24,382 nt of DNA. Source: Candidatus Parcubacteria bacterium (lineage in GTDB: Bacteria; Patescibacteriota; Minisyncoccia; UBA9983). The stretch is from contig QZIU01000026.1 in the NCBI GenBank assembly GCA_003599625.1, positions 1 to 24,382 of the forward strand, read 5' to 3'. Shown here one piece after another: positions 1 to 8,514 of this stretch (position 1 is its first letter; every line of letters begins with the position of its first letter). The notes beneath the pieces were generated by a model. The model had not been told where the DNA came from and ran no database searches. It saw nothing but the letters and a program-made list of their open reading frames with translations. The translations under genes and the position numbers were made by a program.

Positions 1-46
1 GCTTTAGCCTGATAAATACCAAAATTATATGGTTAAACCGTCAGCT

Positions 47-92
47 ATGACATTTCTACTTTGCTGTGGTATGACATTATCATGTTGCTGTG
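47..92. repeat. Imperfect 22-nt tandem direct repeat (tgacattTCTaCTttgctgtgG / tgacattATCaTGttgctgtgA) at the window edge
   Basis: Two adjacent units match at 16 of 22 positions. There is no supported ORF here. The window edge limits interpretation. Confidence 0.3.
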
Positions 93-110
93 ACAGAATT
101 ATTACTTTTT

Positions 111-1701
<1,591 letters not shown>

Positions 1702-1705
<4 letters not shown>

Positions 1706-1920
1706 TTTTCGCGGAATGAAGATTTCTTTAGACCGCTTTCCAAATCGGACAAAAATTCTTGAGAATATAAACTTGTTTTGCGAAAATCTTTTATCACTTC
1801 TTCCACGGAATCTTTTATGACGGACTCAAAAAAACGGCCGGACAATCTTTTATAGGCCTCGGCCTGACGCTTCAATTTCAAATATTCGGTTTTTGGAATG
1901 GTAATATTGCTCATATTCAC
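1702..1920 (-). CDS. Putative cognate antitoxin (possibly Phd/YefM-like)
   Basis: 72-aa ORF directly upstream of the toxin and translationally coupled to it. The C-terminal ...EFLSDLESGLKKS resembles the YefM tail. The N-terminus is not diagnostic. Confidence 0.4.
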
Positions 1921-1958
1921 AATAATATAATACTTTTTTGCCTACACCCGGTCAAATC

Positions 1959-1986
1959 TTGACTTTTACCCATTTTTCCGTATAAT
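1959..1986 (+). promoter_or_regulatory. Sigma70-like promoter for the SPFH operon. It is followed by a 14-bp tandem direct repeat (ataatttaaacttt x2, 2010-2037) in the leader.
   Basis: TTGACT at 1959-1964, a 16-nt spacer, and a perfect -10 TATAAT at 1981-1986. The RBS gaggtaggag lies before the ATG at 2061. Confidence 0.45.
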
Positions 1987-2060
1987 TTAGGACGAACTTA
2001 ATTTCTTTGATAATTTAAACTTTATAATTTAAACTTTTTTGAAGGAAAGCGAGGTAGGAG

Positions 2061-3476
2061 ATGATAGATAACAGACTGCCGTTTTGGATGAGACTGGGAA
2101 TTACAGTTTTGGGAGGAATCGCGATAGTTGTGGGATTGCTTTTCCTTGGTGGATGGTTGCTAGGGGGGAAAAAAGAGCGGCTCGTGGAATACAAAAACGA
2201 GTCCGGGAGAGTTGTTTACAAAATCGTAAACAACTCTGAAGCGTTTGAGCAAAACCAGAAAAGCGCCGAGGGTGTAGAAGGCGCAGAAGATGTAGAAGAT
2301 GTAGAAGAAATAAAAATTCCAAGATGGGGCAAATTGCTTGCTTGGTTAATTTTATTCTTTGGCACTGTGGGTTGCATTCATGCAATGGCTTGGGTCCACA
2401 AGGCAACGGGCGGAAAGTTTCATCTTTTTCTTTTTTCTCTTGAGGACGGAAAGGCCGCTGCTATTTGGGCAGTAGACCGGATTATTTCCATTAAAATCAC
2501 CTTGTATGGATATAGGATGAGAAAAGATGGCGAGGTCGTTTATTATGATCCTAACTGGATTATCAAACCTTTTTATTGGCTGAGGCATTATCTTTTTGGC
2601 AGTATCCATTTCTTGGGAATCCCCCTGATTCATCGAACCAGCCAAGAGGAATACAAATGGAAACACTTCGATCCTCTTACTAATGAAATAAAAACCGAAA
2701 CGGGCAAGAGAGGATATATTCCCCTCAGGGAATACGCCCCTCTTTTTGAATTCAAGGATCTAGACATTGGAGAAGGCGGCCAAATAAACGTGCAGGCCGC
2801 CATTCTAATCAAGGTGGTCAATCCGCGAAAAGCCCTGACCAATGCGAGAGATTGGTTTGCGGTGTTGAATGACCTTATGCAGAGCGGCGCGAAAGAATTC
2901 TTCAGCCCGAGGACGATCGAAGAAGTCTTCACGAGTAAAAGCAAAACCGGAGAAAAAATTGAAAAAATGCTCTCCGTCATAATGTACGACTACATGTCCC
3001 AAACCGACGCGATGCCTTCGGCAAAAGACATAATGCTCAGTATGGGGGAAATTTCGCAGGAAGAAAGGAGCGGGAAAATAACTCTCTTGTTATTTTTGGA
3101 GAAGCATTACGGGATCCGACTGATATCGACGAATGTAAAGTCTGTCGATGCGGCAAATAAGTCAACGGAAGAACTTTTGAATTCTCTCTCCAAACCTGCC
3201 AAAACTCAGCAAGAGGCCAATGCCTTATTGATCATGGCAGATGCCGAGGCTGAAGCCTTCAACAAAAAACGCAAAGCAATGGAAGCACCCGGTGGAAGAT
3301 TGTTGAGAACACTGGAGGCAATTGAAAACTCCAGATTGATCACGCTGGGTGGCAAAGGAGAGGATATAAACTTTTTAGTCGGTCAAGGATTCGAAGGCGC
3401 GGGAGGCAAAGAACAAAAAGAAAGAAAGAGTAAAGAAAAAAAGAAAAATGAAACAAGAGAGGAGGAGGAAGAATGA
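2061..3476 (+). CDS. SPFH/band-7 (stomatin/prohibitin/flotillin-like) membrane protein with two N-terminal TM segments and a Lys/Glu-rich tail
   Basis: The C-terminal half (INVQAAILIKVVNPRKALTNARDWFAVLNDL...HYGIRLISTNVKSVDAANKS...QQEANALLIMADAEAEAF) follows the SPFH-domain pattern. TM helices lie at about residues 10-35 and 92-112. Confidence 0.6.
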   Translation: MIDNRLPFWMRLGITVLGGIAIVVGLLFLGGWLLGGKKERLVEYKNESGRVVYKIVNNSEAFEQNQKSAEGVEGAEDVEDVEEIKIPRWGKLLAWLILFFGTVGCIHAMAWVHKATGGKFHLFLFSLEDGKAAAIWAVDRIISIKITLYGYRMRKDGEVVYYDPNWIIKPFYWLRHYLFGSIHFLGIPLIHRTSQEEYKWKHFDPLTNEIKTETGKRGYIPLREYAPLFEFKDLDIGEGGQINVQAAILIKVVNPRKALTNARDWFAVLNDLMQSGAKEFFSPRTIEEVFTSKSKTGEKIEKMLSVIMYDYMSQTDAMPSAKDIMLSMGEISQEERSGKITLLLFLEKHYGIRLISTNVKSVDAANKSTEELLNSLSKPAKTQQEANALLIMADAEAEAFNKKRKAMEAPGGRLLRTLEAIENSRLITLGGKGEDINFLVGQGFEGAGGKEQKERKSKEKKKNETREEEEE

Positions 3477-4291
3477 TGACCAAGTTATTAGGGTTCTGGA
3501 ATTGGATTATTTGGCTGTGGGCCGCAGGTTGGATCTTTAAGGCGGCAATTATCATTGTCGGCGTTTTGATTTTAGGGCTTTTAATTTTTGCCATGCTTAA
3601 AACACCAAGGCCGGGAAGAATCACCTTCGGAGCCAAATTAGTCACAAAGAAGAGAATAATCTTGGCTCTTATCCTGGGCTTTATCGGCCTCATCGTCTTG
3701 AACAATCTTCCGCAGATCAGATTGGCCAGGAAGGTTAAGAAAGTGGAAAGAAATTTGACTGAAAAAGCCTTGAAGCCGCTCGAAAAAAGAGCGGATGAAT
3801 TGGCAGAAAAAGTGGAAACCGGAGAAGGATTAACCCTTAATGAAGCTCGCGAGCTTCAGGACCTGAAAAAAGAGATCACGGCAACCAAGAAGCTGGTTAA
3901 AGAAGGACCGCCGTCGCCGCCGAAACCGGCTAAACTGAAACCGCCAAAGCCGGTTAAATGGATCTTCCAGATCAGGGCAGATCCGGAAGTGGTGATGCAA
4001 GCTGGACTGAGAGGGGTTGATCAGGTTCCTTTTCGAGAGTTTGAAGCGGTCTCTGTAAGTATCAAGGAGAAAGAGATTCGCTTCAGCTACAAGAGGAATT
4101 CTAAGAAGAGAAACGTTCTACTAACCCGAGAGTCTTCAGATCAATTCTATTTTGGAATGGTTGATCTGGGAGAAGGAATCAAAATGCAACTCTGGCTAAA
4201 AGAATCCCCTGAAGGATTCGCAGGAATGGCAGAAAATTGGGACGGAAAACATTGGTATCCCAAAGTTTCCGCTCTCCTGCTAAAATCCTAA
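3473..4291 (+). CDS. Hypothetical membrane protein, co-transcribed partner of the SPFH protein. It has two TM segments, a coiled-coil, a Pro-rich linker and a C-terminal globular domain.
   Basis: Its start overlaps the SPFH stop (ATGA). TM helices lie at residues 10-40 and 60-78. An EKALKPLEKRADELAEKVE coiled segment and a PPSPPKPAKLKPPKPVK linker follow. I recognise no family. Confidence 0.55.
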   Translation: MMTKLLGFWNWIIWLWAAGWIFKAAIIIVGVLILGLLIFAMLKTPRPGRITFGAKLVTKKRIILALILGFIGLIVLNNLPQIRLARKVKKVERNLTEKALKPLEKRADELAEKVETGEGLTLNEARELQDLKKEITATKKLVKEGPPSPPKPAKLKPPKPVKWIFQIRADPEVVMQAGLRGVDQVPFREFEAVSVSIKEKEIRFSYKRNSKKRNVLLTRESSDQFYFGMVDLGEGIKMQLWLKESPEGFAGMAENWDGKHWYPKVSALLLKS

Positions 4292-4300
4292 AAAAGTTTG

Positions 4301-4340
4301 AAAAACGCAGCCTGAACGCAATGTTCAGGCTGTTTTTATT
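4301..4340. terminator. Bidirectional rho-independent terminator between convergent operons
   Basis: The stem cagcctgaac (4308-4317) / gttcaggctg (4323-4332) is followed by tttttattt. A-run aaaaa at 4301-4305 precedes it for the opposite strand. Confidence 0.75.
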
Positions 4341-4342
4341 TA

Positions 4343-4831
4343 TTATCCGCCTGTACCCTCTCTCGTTCCTCCGTCCCCTCCCTTAAACCGCGGGATGTCT
4401 ATTTGCTGAGAGGAGCCGTCTAGCTCGAATGTGTAAACCAAGATATTGACGAAGCCCCAGAAGCTGACCATTACAAAAAGACCGATGATGCCGTAGAGAA
4501 CAAGCTGTCCTCCTTTTTTGCGCTCGTCTTCGTCTCCGCCGGACTTTATATATTTTAAAACTCCGTAAAGGAAGAAAATAACCGCAAGAGCTATCAGGAA
4601 GATCACGATCCTGTCCATTATGTCTTCAATAATATAGAAGAGATTCCAGAATGTGCCGCTTCCTCCGCCACTTCCCCCGCTGCCGCTTCCATAAATATAT
4701 TTAGCGCCTTTGCCGTAATTTACCTTAAGAAAATCTTTTTTCTCGGCAAAGGAGACAAAAGGCAAAAAAACCAAAAGAAATCCCAGAACTTTGCCGGCTC
4801 TTTTTATAATGCCATTGATATTATTCCGCAT
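4343..4831 (-). CDS. Paralog P5: signal peptide, Gly/Ser-rich linker (GSGSGGSGGGSG), two TM helices joined by the loop SGGDEDERKKGGQ, and a Gly-rich C-terminal tail
   Basis: LIALAVIFFLYGVLKYIKSGGDEDERKKGGQLVLYGIIGLFVMVSFWGFVNIL. This is the last gene of the minus-strand operon before the terminator at 4301-4340. Confidence 0.75.
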   Translation of the reverse strand: MRNNINGIIKRAGKVLGFLLVFLPFVSFAEKKDFLKVNYGKGAKYIYGSGSGGSGGGSGTFWNLFYIIEDIMDRIVIFLIALAVIFFLYGVLKYIKSGGDEDERKKGGQLVLYGIIGLFVMVSFWGFVNILVYTFELDGSSQQIDIPRFKGGDGGTREGTGG

Positions 4832-4901
4832 AAAGTGTTTGATCTTACTTAGCGACCACTCTCCCCCGCCCCGCTCTTGGCAAGGCAGGGATGAGCAGTA
4901 A

Positions 4902-5165
4902 CTAGATCGCGCCTTCTATTTCCCACCAGAAACCGGCCAGAAAATGCATTATGCCGTATACACCCACCATCACGAACATTCCTATAACCCCCCAGATCAT
5001 ATGCTCTTTGCCTTTGTCTCTTTTATCTTCATTGTCGGCGCCTAGTATATATTCCACGATTCCGTAAATAAACATCACGACGGCAATGGCAAACATGAAT
5101 CCGATTATGGGATTAAGGACATTCAACTTTATGTTCGCAATAAGTTTATCCGCTTTGTCGCTCAT
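4902..5165 (-). CDS. Paralog P4: the shortest member (87 aa) with no cleavable signal peptide and two TM helices joined by the loop GADNEDKRDKGKEH
   Basis: FAIAVVMFIYGIVEYILGADNEDKRDKGKEHMIWGVIGMFVMVGVYGIMHFL. Confidence 0.75.
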   Translation of the reverse strand: MSDKADKLIANIKLNVLNPIIGFMFAIAVVMFIYGIVEYILGADNEDKRDKGKEHMIWGVIGMFVMVGVYGIMHFLAGFWWEIEGAI

Positions 5166-5183
5166 TATTTTTTAGCTTCTTAA

Positions 5184-5534
5184 TTAAAATCTTGGCAACA
5201 GATCATCGACGGTGTCCGGTATGTCGTTATCCAGATCAAACGTCCCTGAAAGGATATTGACAAGGCCCCAGATGCTGACCATCACGAAAAGGCCGATGAT
5301 GCCGTAGATCATAAGATTTCTGGCTTTGCCCCTTTTTTCGTCATCATCGCCCGCTCTGATGTAACTGACGATGGCAATAAGCAGAATAACGACCGCCACG
5401 GCTATAAGCAAGGGAACCAATTTGCTTAAAACATCGTCGGCAAAATCAAAAATGTCTTCCAAGTCGCTGATGGCTCCCGCCACGAACGGCAGCGCCATGA
5501 ACCCGAAAGGAAGTATTCTTTTTAATAATTTCAT
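5184..5534 (-). CDS. Paralog P3: signal peptide plus two TM helices with the loop AGDDDEKRGKARN and an acidic C-terminal tail
   Basis: LIAVAVVILLIAIVSYIRAGDDDEKRGKARNLMIYGIIGLFVMVSIWGLVNIL. Confidence 0.8.
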   Translation of the reverse strand: MKLLKRILPFGFMALPFVAGAISDLEDIFDFADDVLSKLVPLLIAVAVVILLIAIVSYIRAGDDDEKRGKARNLMIYGIIGLFVMVSIWGLVNILSGTFDLDNDIPDTVDDLLPRF

Positions 5535-5630
5535 ATTTTGATTAATCTTTTTAATTATTTCTCGACCCTTATTTTAATATTTTTCAAATTTATATTTCTA
5601 TTTTAAACTATCCGCGGCAAAATGCCACTA

Positions 5631-5996
5631 TTATTCCAAACTGTCGACGGTGGATTGCAAAATCTCCACTATCACCCAGGCGCCAAGCAAAATGGCCGTT
5701 CCGATAATCGACCACAACAATCCATTTTTGGCATCTTTGATCTTGTCCTCGCTTCCTCTTGCCATCACGAGCTTCAAACCGGAATAAATTATAAACAGCG
5801 CGGCTATTGGAATCCCGATGTTAATGGCCAATTTGGAAACGACCGATATCAAGTCGTCAAAACTGTCCGCAGAAAGCGGGTTGCACAAGATTCCGCTGTC
5901 CTCGTCGGTACATTGCTCGGCTTTGAGTTTGAGCAAAGGGAAAACAAGGAAAAGTAGAATTATAAGGGTGTAATAAACTTTTTTAATATTTTTCAT
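5631..5996 (-). CDS. Paralog P2: signal peptide, a two-Cys N-terminal segment, and two TM helices with the loop ARGSEDKIKDAKNG
   Basis: IGIPIAALFIIYSGLKLVMARGSEDKIKDAKNGLLWSIIGTAILLGAWVIVEIL has the same architecture as P1 and P3-P5. Confidence 0.75.
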   Translation of the reverse strand: MKNIKKVYYTLIILLFLVFPLLKLKAEQCTDEDSGILCNPLSADSFDDLISVVSKLAINIGIPIAALFIIYSGLKLVMARGSEDKIKDAKNGLLWSIIGTAILLGAWVIVEILQSTVDSLE

Positions 5997-6009
5997 TTTG
6001 ATTTAGTTT

Positions 6010-6453
6010 TTAATCGTCGCATCCCGGAAATTTATTCCACGACTCCGATATGCTTTCTCCGGCCAAGCCGCCCAATATGACATTCACTATCATCCACGCG
6101 CCGAAAACAATGACGATCCCCCATATCGCCGCCCAAAAAGCGTTCGTTCCTTTCGCCTTGTTTTTTTCGTTCCCTCCGGAAGTAATGTACATGAATCCCC
6201 CATATATAAGGATAAGGACCGCCAAAGGAGAAGCCAGTTTGAAAGCGGCAAAGTTAACGATGTTGGAAATAAGCTGGAAGATGTCGCAAATCCCGCAATC
6301 ATTCCCTTCGCAAGGAATAAAGTCGCCCAAATGGTTGCTAGCCAGAGAATCAGCCGCTCCTCCAAAAAACAACGTCGTTACGGAAAAGAAAATAATCGCT
6401 GAAACGGGAAGAAAATAAGCCGCCCCCTTGTATATTTTTTCCAAGGACTTCAT
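6010..6453 (-). CDS. Small secreted/membrane protein P1 of the paralog array. It has a signal peptide, a Cys-rich segment and two TM helices joined by the loop SGGNEKNKAKGTN (VirB2/TrbC-like topology).
   Basis: The likely true start is ATG at 6453; TTG at 6456 is the ORF-track start. The core LAVLILIYGGFMYITSGGNEKNKAKGTNAFWAAIWGIVIVFGAWMIVNVIL is shared with the four downstream paralogs. Confidence 0.75.
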   Translation of the reverse strand: MKSLEKIYKGAAYFLPVSAIIFFSVTTLFFGGAADSLASNHLGDFIPCEGNDCGICDIFQLISNIVNFAAFKLASPLAVLILIYGGFMYITSGGNEKNKAKGTNAFWAAIWGIVIVFGAWMIVNVILGGLAGESISESWNKFPGCDD

Positions 6454-7793
6454 CAATTATTCGCTAAAACCTTTGATAATGATTGATCCAGTTTCCTTTT
6501 GGCCAAAGCCACGGCACCGGAAACAGATAAGCTTCCTGATGTAATTCCCTCCACGGCTTCTTTGAAGATCTTTCGCGTCTCTTCCGGTTCGGGCTCGAGC
6601 CAAGATTTGGCCATGATCGCGCTTTTGTTTACGGTTCCAAAATAAGCGCTCTCGGCTTCTTCCGCCAGGAGATCCCTGCGGGGAGAGGCCAACCCGGTCG
6701 CTTCTGAAAACTTTTTCGAATAAACCCTCGAGGTCATTCTTGCCATGGCGCCGAAAGAATTTATTTTTGCCGTCTCTCCGGAATTTCTCATCAAAGCCAG
6801 AAAATAAAGCTTCCCAAAAACACTTTTGGTCTTGGCTCCCTTGATCTGAGGGGATTCCGCGATGTCGAAATTCAAATGGGGATTCTTTGCCCGAATAGCC
6901 GGAAATTCGCTGGCATAACCCAAGTACATTGCCAAAGTCCCTTTGGCGAACATAGAATCAGCCTTCATCAAAGCCTTGTTCCATGAGTAAACCGTTTTGT
7001 TGGGATTGGAGAAATCGCCATAAAATTTAAAAGAATCAATGGCAGGCTTGGATCCGGAAGAGCCTTCTTCGGCAAGAACCACCTTCAGATTACCTCTCGC
7101 GTCTTCTTTTATCACCTTATTGCCGGCTTGAAGAAGCAGCATCGAAAGTATCTCCTTGGCATCCGGGATATTGTTGAACTCTCCGAGCGCCGACCCCGAT
7201 TGAACTATATTGCCGATGTCGTTTTTCTCCGTCAGTGTTTCTGCCACTTCGGCAAACTCTTCCCAGTCCTCGGGAGGCTGACTCAATCCGGCGGACGAGA
7301 ACATATCTTTGTTCCAAAATAATACGATCGGATCGATCAAAAAAGGAATGCCCGAAACGGCCCTATTCTTCTCGTCGATCAACAACTCGGATATATCCGC
7401 GAAATTATCCAAAAAGGTTCTCTCCGGATAATTTTCAAAACTTATGGGATGGACTTTGTTTCGGCTTTTTAAAACGATGTCCTGGCTTAATATCCAAAAA
7501 TCAGGCCCGCTTCCCGACGCCAAAGCCTCAGTGACATCCGAAAGATAGGAAGCCGGGGATTTTTCCGAGTAGGTTAGCCGAATTTCCCTGTTATTTTCCT
7601 TATTGAACTCGCTGACGGTTTTATTCATTCCTCCTGCGGGCAATGTCCCCCAAAAATTAAGCTGAACGGCGTTCTTGCTCTTGCCCCCTTTGTTTTTGTA
7701 TCCCGGCAGCACTCCGCCGAAGATAAGCATCGCCAAAACCGCCACAACCCCGAACCCGACAAGCAGAATTATTTGAAAAGGAGAACTTTTCAT
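6453..7793 (-). CDS. Membrane-anchored extracellular solute-binding protein (family 1, sugar-type ABC SBP homolog). No permease or ATPase lies in the window.
   Basis: N-terminal TM anchor, then IRLTYSEKSPASYLSDVTEALASGSGPDFWILSQDIV..., DPIVLFWNKDMFSSAGLSQPPEDWEEFAEVAETL and GTLAMYLGYASEFPAIRAKNPHLNFDIAESPQ blocks typical of SBP family 1. The stop overlaps the next gene's ATG (TGATG). Confidence 0.7.
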   Translation of the reverse strand: MKSSPFQIILLVGFGVVAVLAMLIFGGVLPGYKNKGGKSKNAVQLNFWGTLPAGGMNKTVSEFNKENNREIRLTYSEKSPASYLSDVTEALASGSGPDFWILSQDIVLKSRNKVHPISFENYPERTFLDNFADISELLIDEKNRAVSGIPFLIDPIVLFWNKDMFSSAGLSQPPEDWEEFAEVAETLTEKNDIGNIVQSGSALGEFNNIPDAKEILSMLLLQAGNKVIKEDARGNLKVVLAEEGSSGSKPAIDSFKFYGDFSNPNKTVYSWNKALMKADSMFAKGTLAMYLGYASEFPAIRAKNPHLNFDIAESPQIKGAKTKSVFGKLYFLALMRNSGETAKINSFGAMARMTSRVYSKKFSEATGLASPRRDLLAEEAESAYFGTVNKSAIMAKSWLEPEPEETRKIFKEAVEGITSGSLSVSGAVALAKRKLDQSLSKVLANN

Positions 7794-7795
7794 AA

Positions 7796-7862
7796 TTAGG
7801 AACTAGCTTTTTAGGAATTAGCTTTTTAGGAATTTTCCTAACTCCTACAAGCTAATTCCTAA
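7796..7862. promoter_or_regulatory. Structured intergenic element with nested and alternative hairpins built from ttaggaa / ttcctaa units, between the methyltransferase gene and the SBP-pilin operon
   Basis: ttaggaattagc (7811-7822) is the exact reverse complement of gctaattcctaa (7851-7862). An inner palindrome ttagga-attt-tcctaa lies at 7826-7841. A second copy of the left arm, ttaggaactagc (7796-7807), gives mutually exclusive pairings. Confidence 0.5.
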
Positions 7863-7865
7863 CTC

Positions 7866-8378
7866 CTATTTTTTAAAAATTATTCCGTAATGATTATCTC
7901 CGGCCTCGAATTCTTTTTCTTCCGCGAAGCCTTGCTGTAAAAACAATTTTTCCGCTTCCTGTTTTGGAAAAACAACTCCTCCTCCGGTCATCATTTTTGT
8001 CCAATCGATGACCGCCGCTTTCCCCCCGTCCTTAAGAACTCTGTGAGCTTCCTTGGCCGCCGCTTCTTTGTCGGTTAACTGAAAAAGGAGGTTGGAGATA
8101 ATCACCAGATCCACTGATCCGCTCGCCAGTTTCACGCCTTCTTTGCCCTCGACATCGGCCCAAATTATTTCAACATTGCCAAGATGATTTTTCTCAGCGG
8201 CCGATTTCACGCTCTCCAAAAGATTTTTTTGAATATCTATGGCGTAAACAACCCCGTCTCCGTTCATCTTTCTTGCCGCCGCCATCACATAATGGCCGCT
8301 TCCGCTGCCGAAATCCGCCACCACCTGCCCGGGCCGGATATCGAAATTATTGATGATTTGATCAGGAGCGATAAACAT
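7866..8378 (-). CDS. Small class I SAM-dependent methyltransferase
   Basis: Motif I VADFGSGSGHYV, the acidic residue in ...YAIDIQ, and motif IV-like DLVIISNLL. 170 aa. Confidence 0.7.
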   Translation of the reverse strand: MFIAPDQIINNFDIRPGQVVADFGSGSGHYVMAAARKMNGDGVVYAIDIQKNLLESVKSAAEKNHLGNVEIIWADVEGKEGVKLASGSVDLVIISNLLFQLTDKEAAAKEAHRVLKDGGKAAVIDWTKMMTGGGVVFPKQEAEKLFLQQGFAEEKEFEAGDNHYGIIFKK

Positions 8379-8385
8379 AAAGTTT

Positions 8386-8510
8386 AATTTTCAATTTTCA
8401 ATAACCAATTTTCAATGAATTATCAATTATTAAATTCTTAAATTTTCAATTAATTTGAAATTTGATATTTGAAAATTCATTGCAAAATTGAAAATTGTAA
8501 ATTGAAAATT
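8386..8510. repeat. Copy A of a ~120-bp AT-rich repeat element with inverted termini (aattttcaat... / ...attgaaaatt)
   Basis: The 31-nt left block aattttcaattttcaataaccaattttcaat (8386-8416) and the ~42-nt right block ttgaaaattcattgcaaaattgaaaattgtaaattgaaaatt (8469-8510) are identical to 11303-11333 and 11382-11423. The middle differs. Confidence 0.7.
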
Positions 8511-8514
8511 CATA

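Noticed and set aside
6050-6418. Two ORFs (122 aa on the + strand and 91 aa on the minus strand) overlapping pilin-like paralog P1
   Set aside because: These are alternative frames of the same locus. P1's frame is supported by paralogy with P2-P5.
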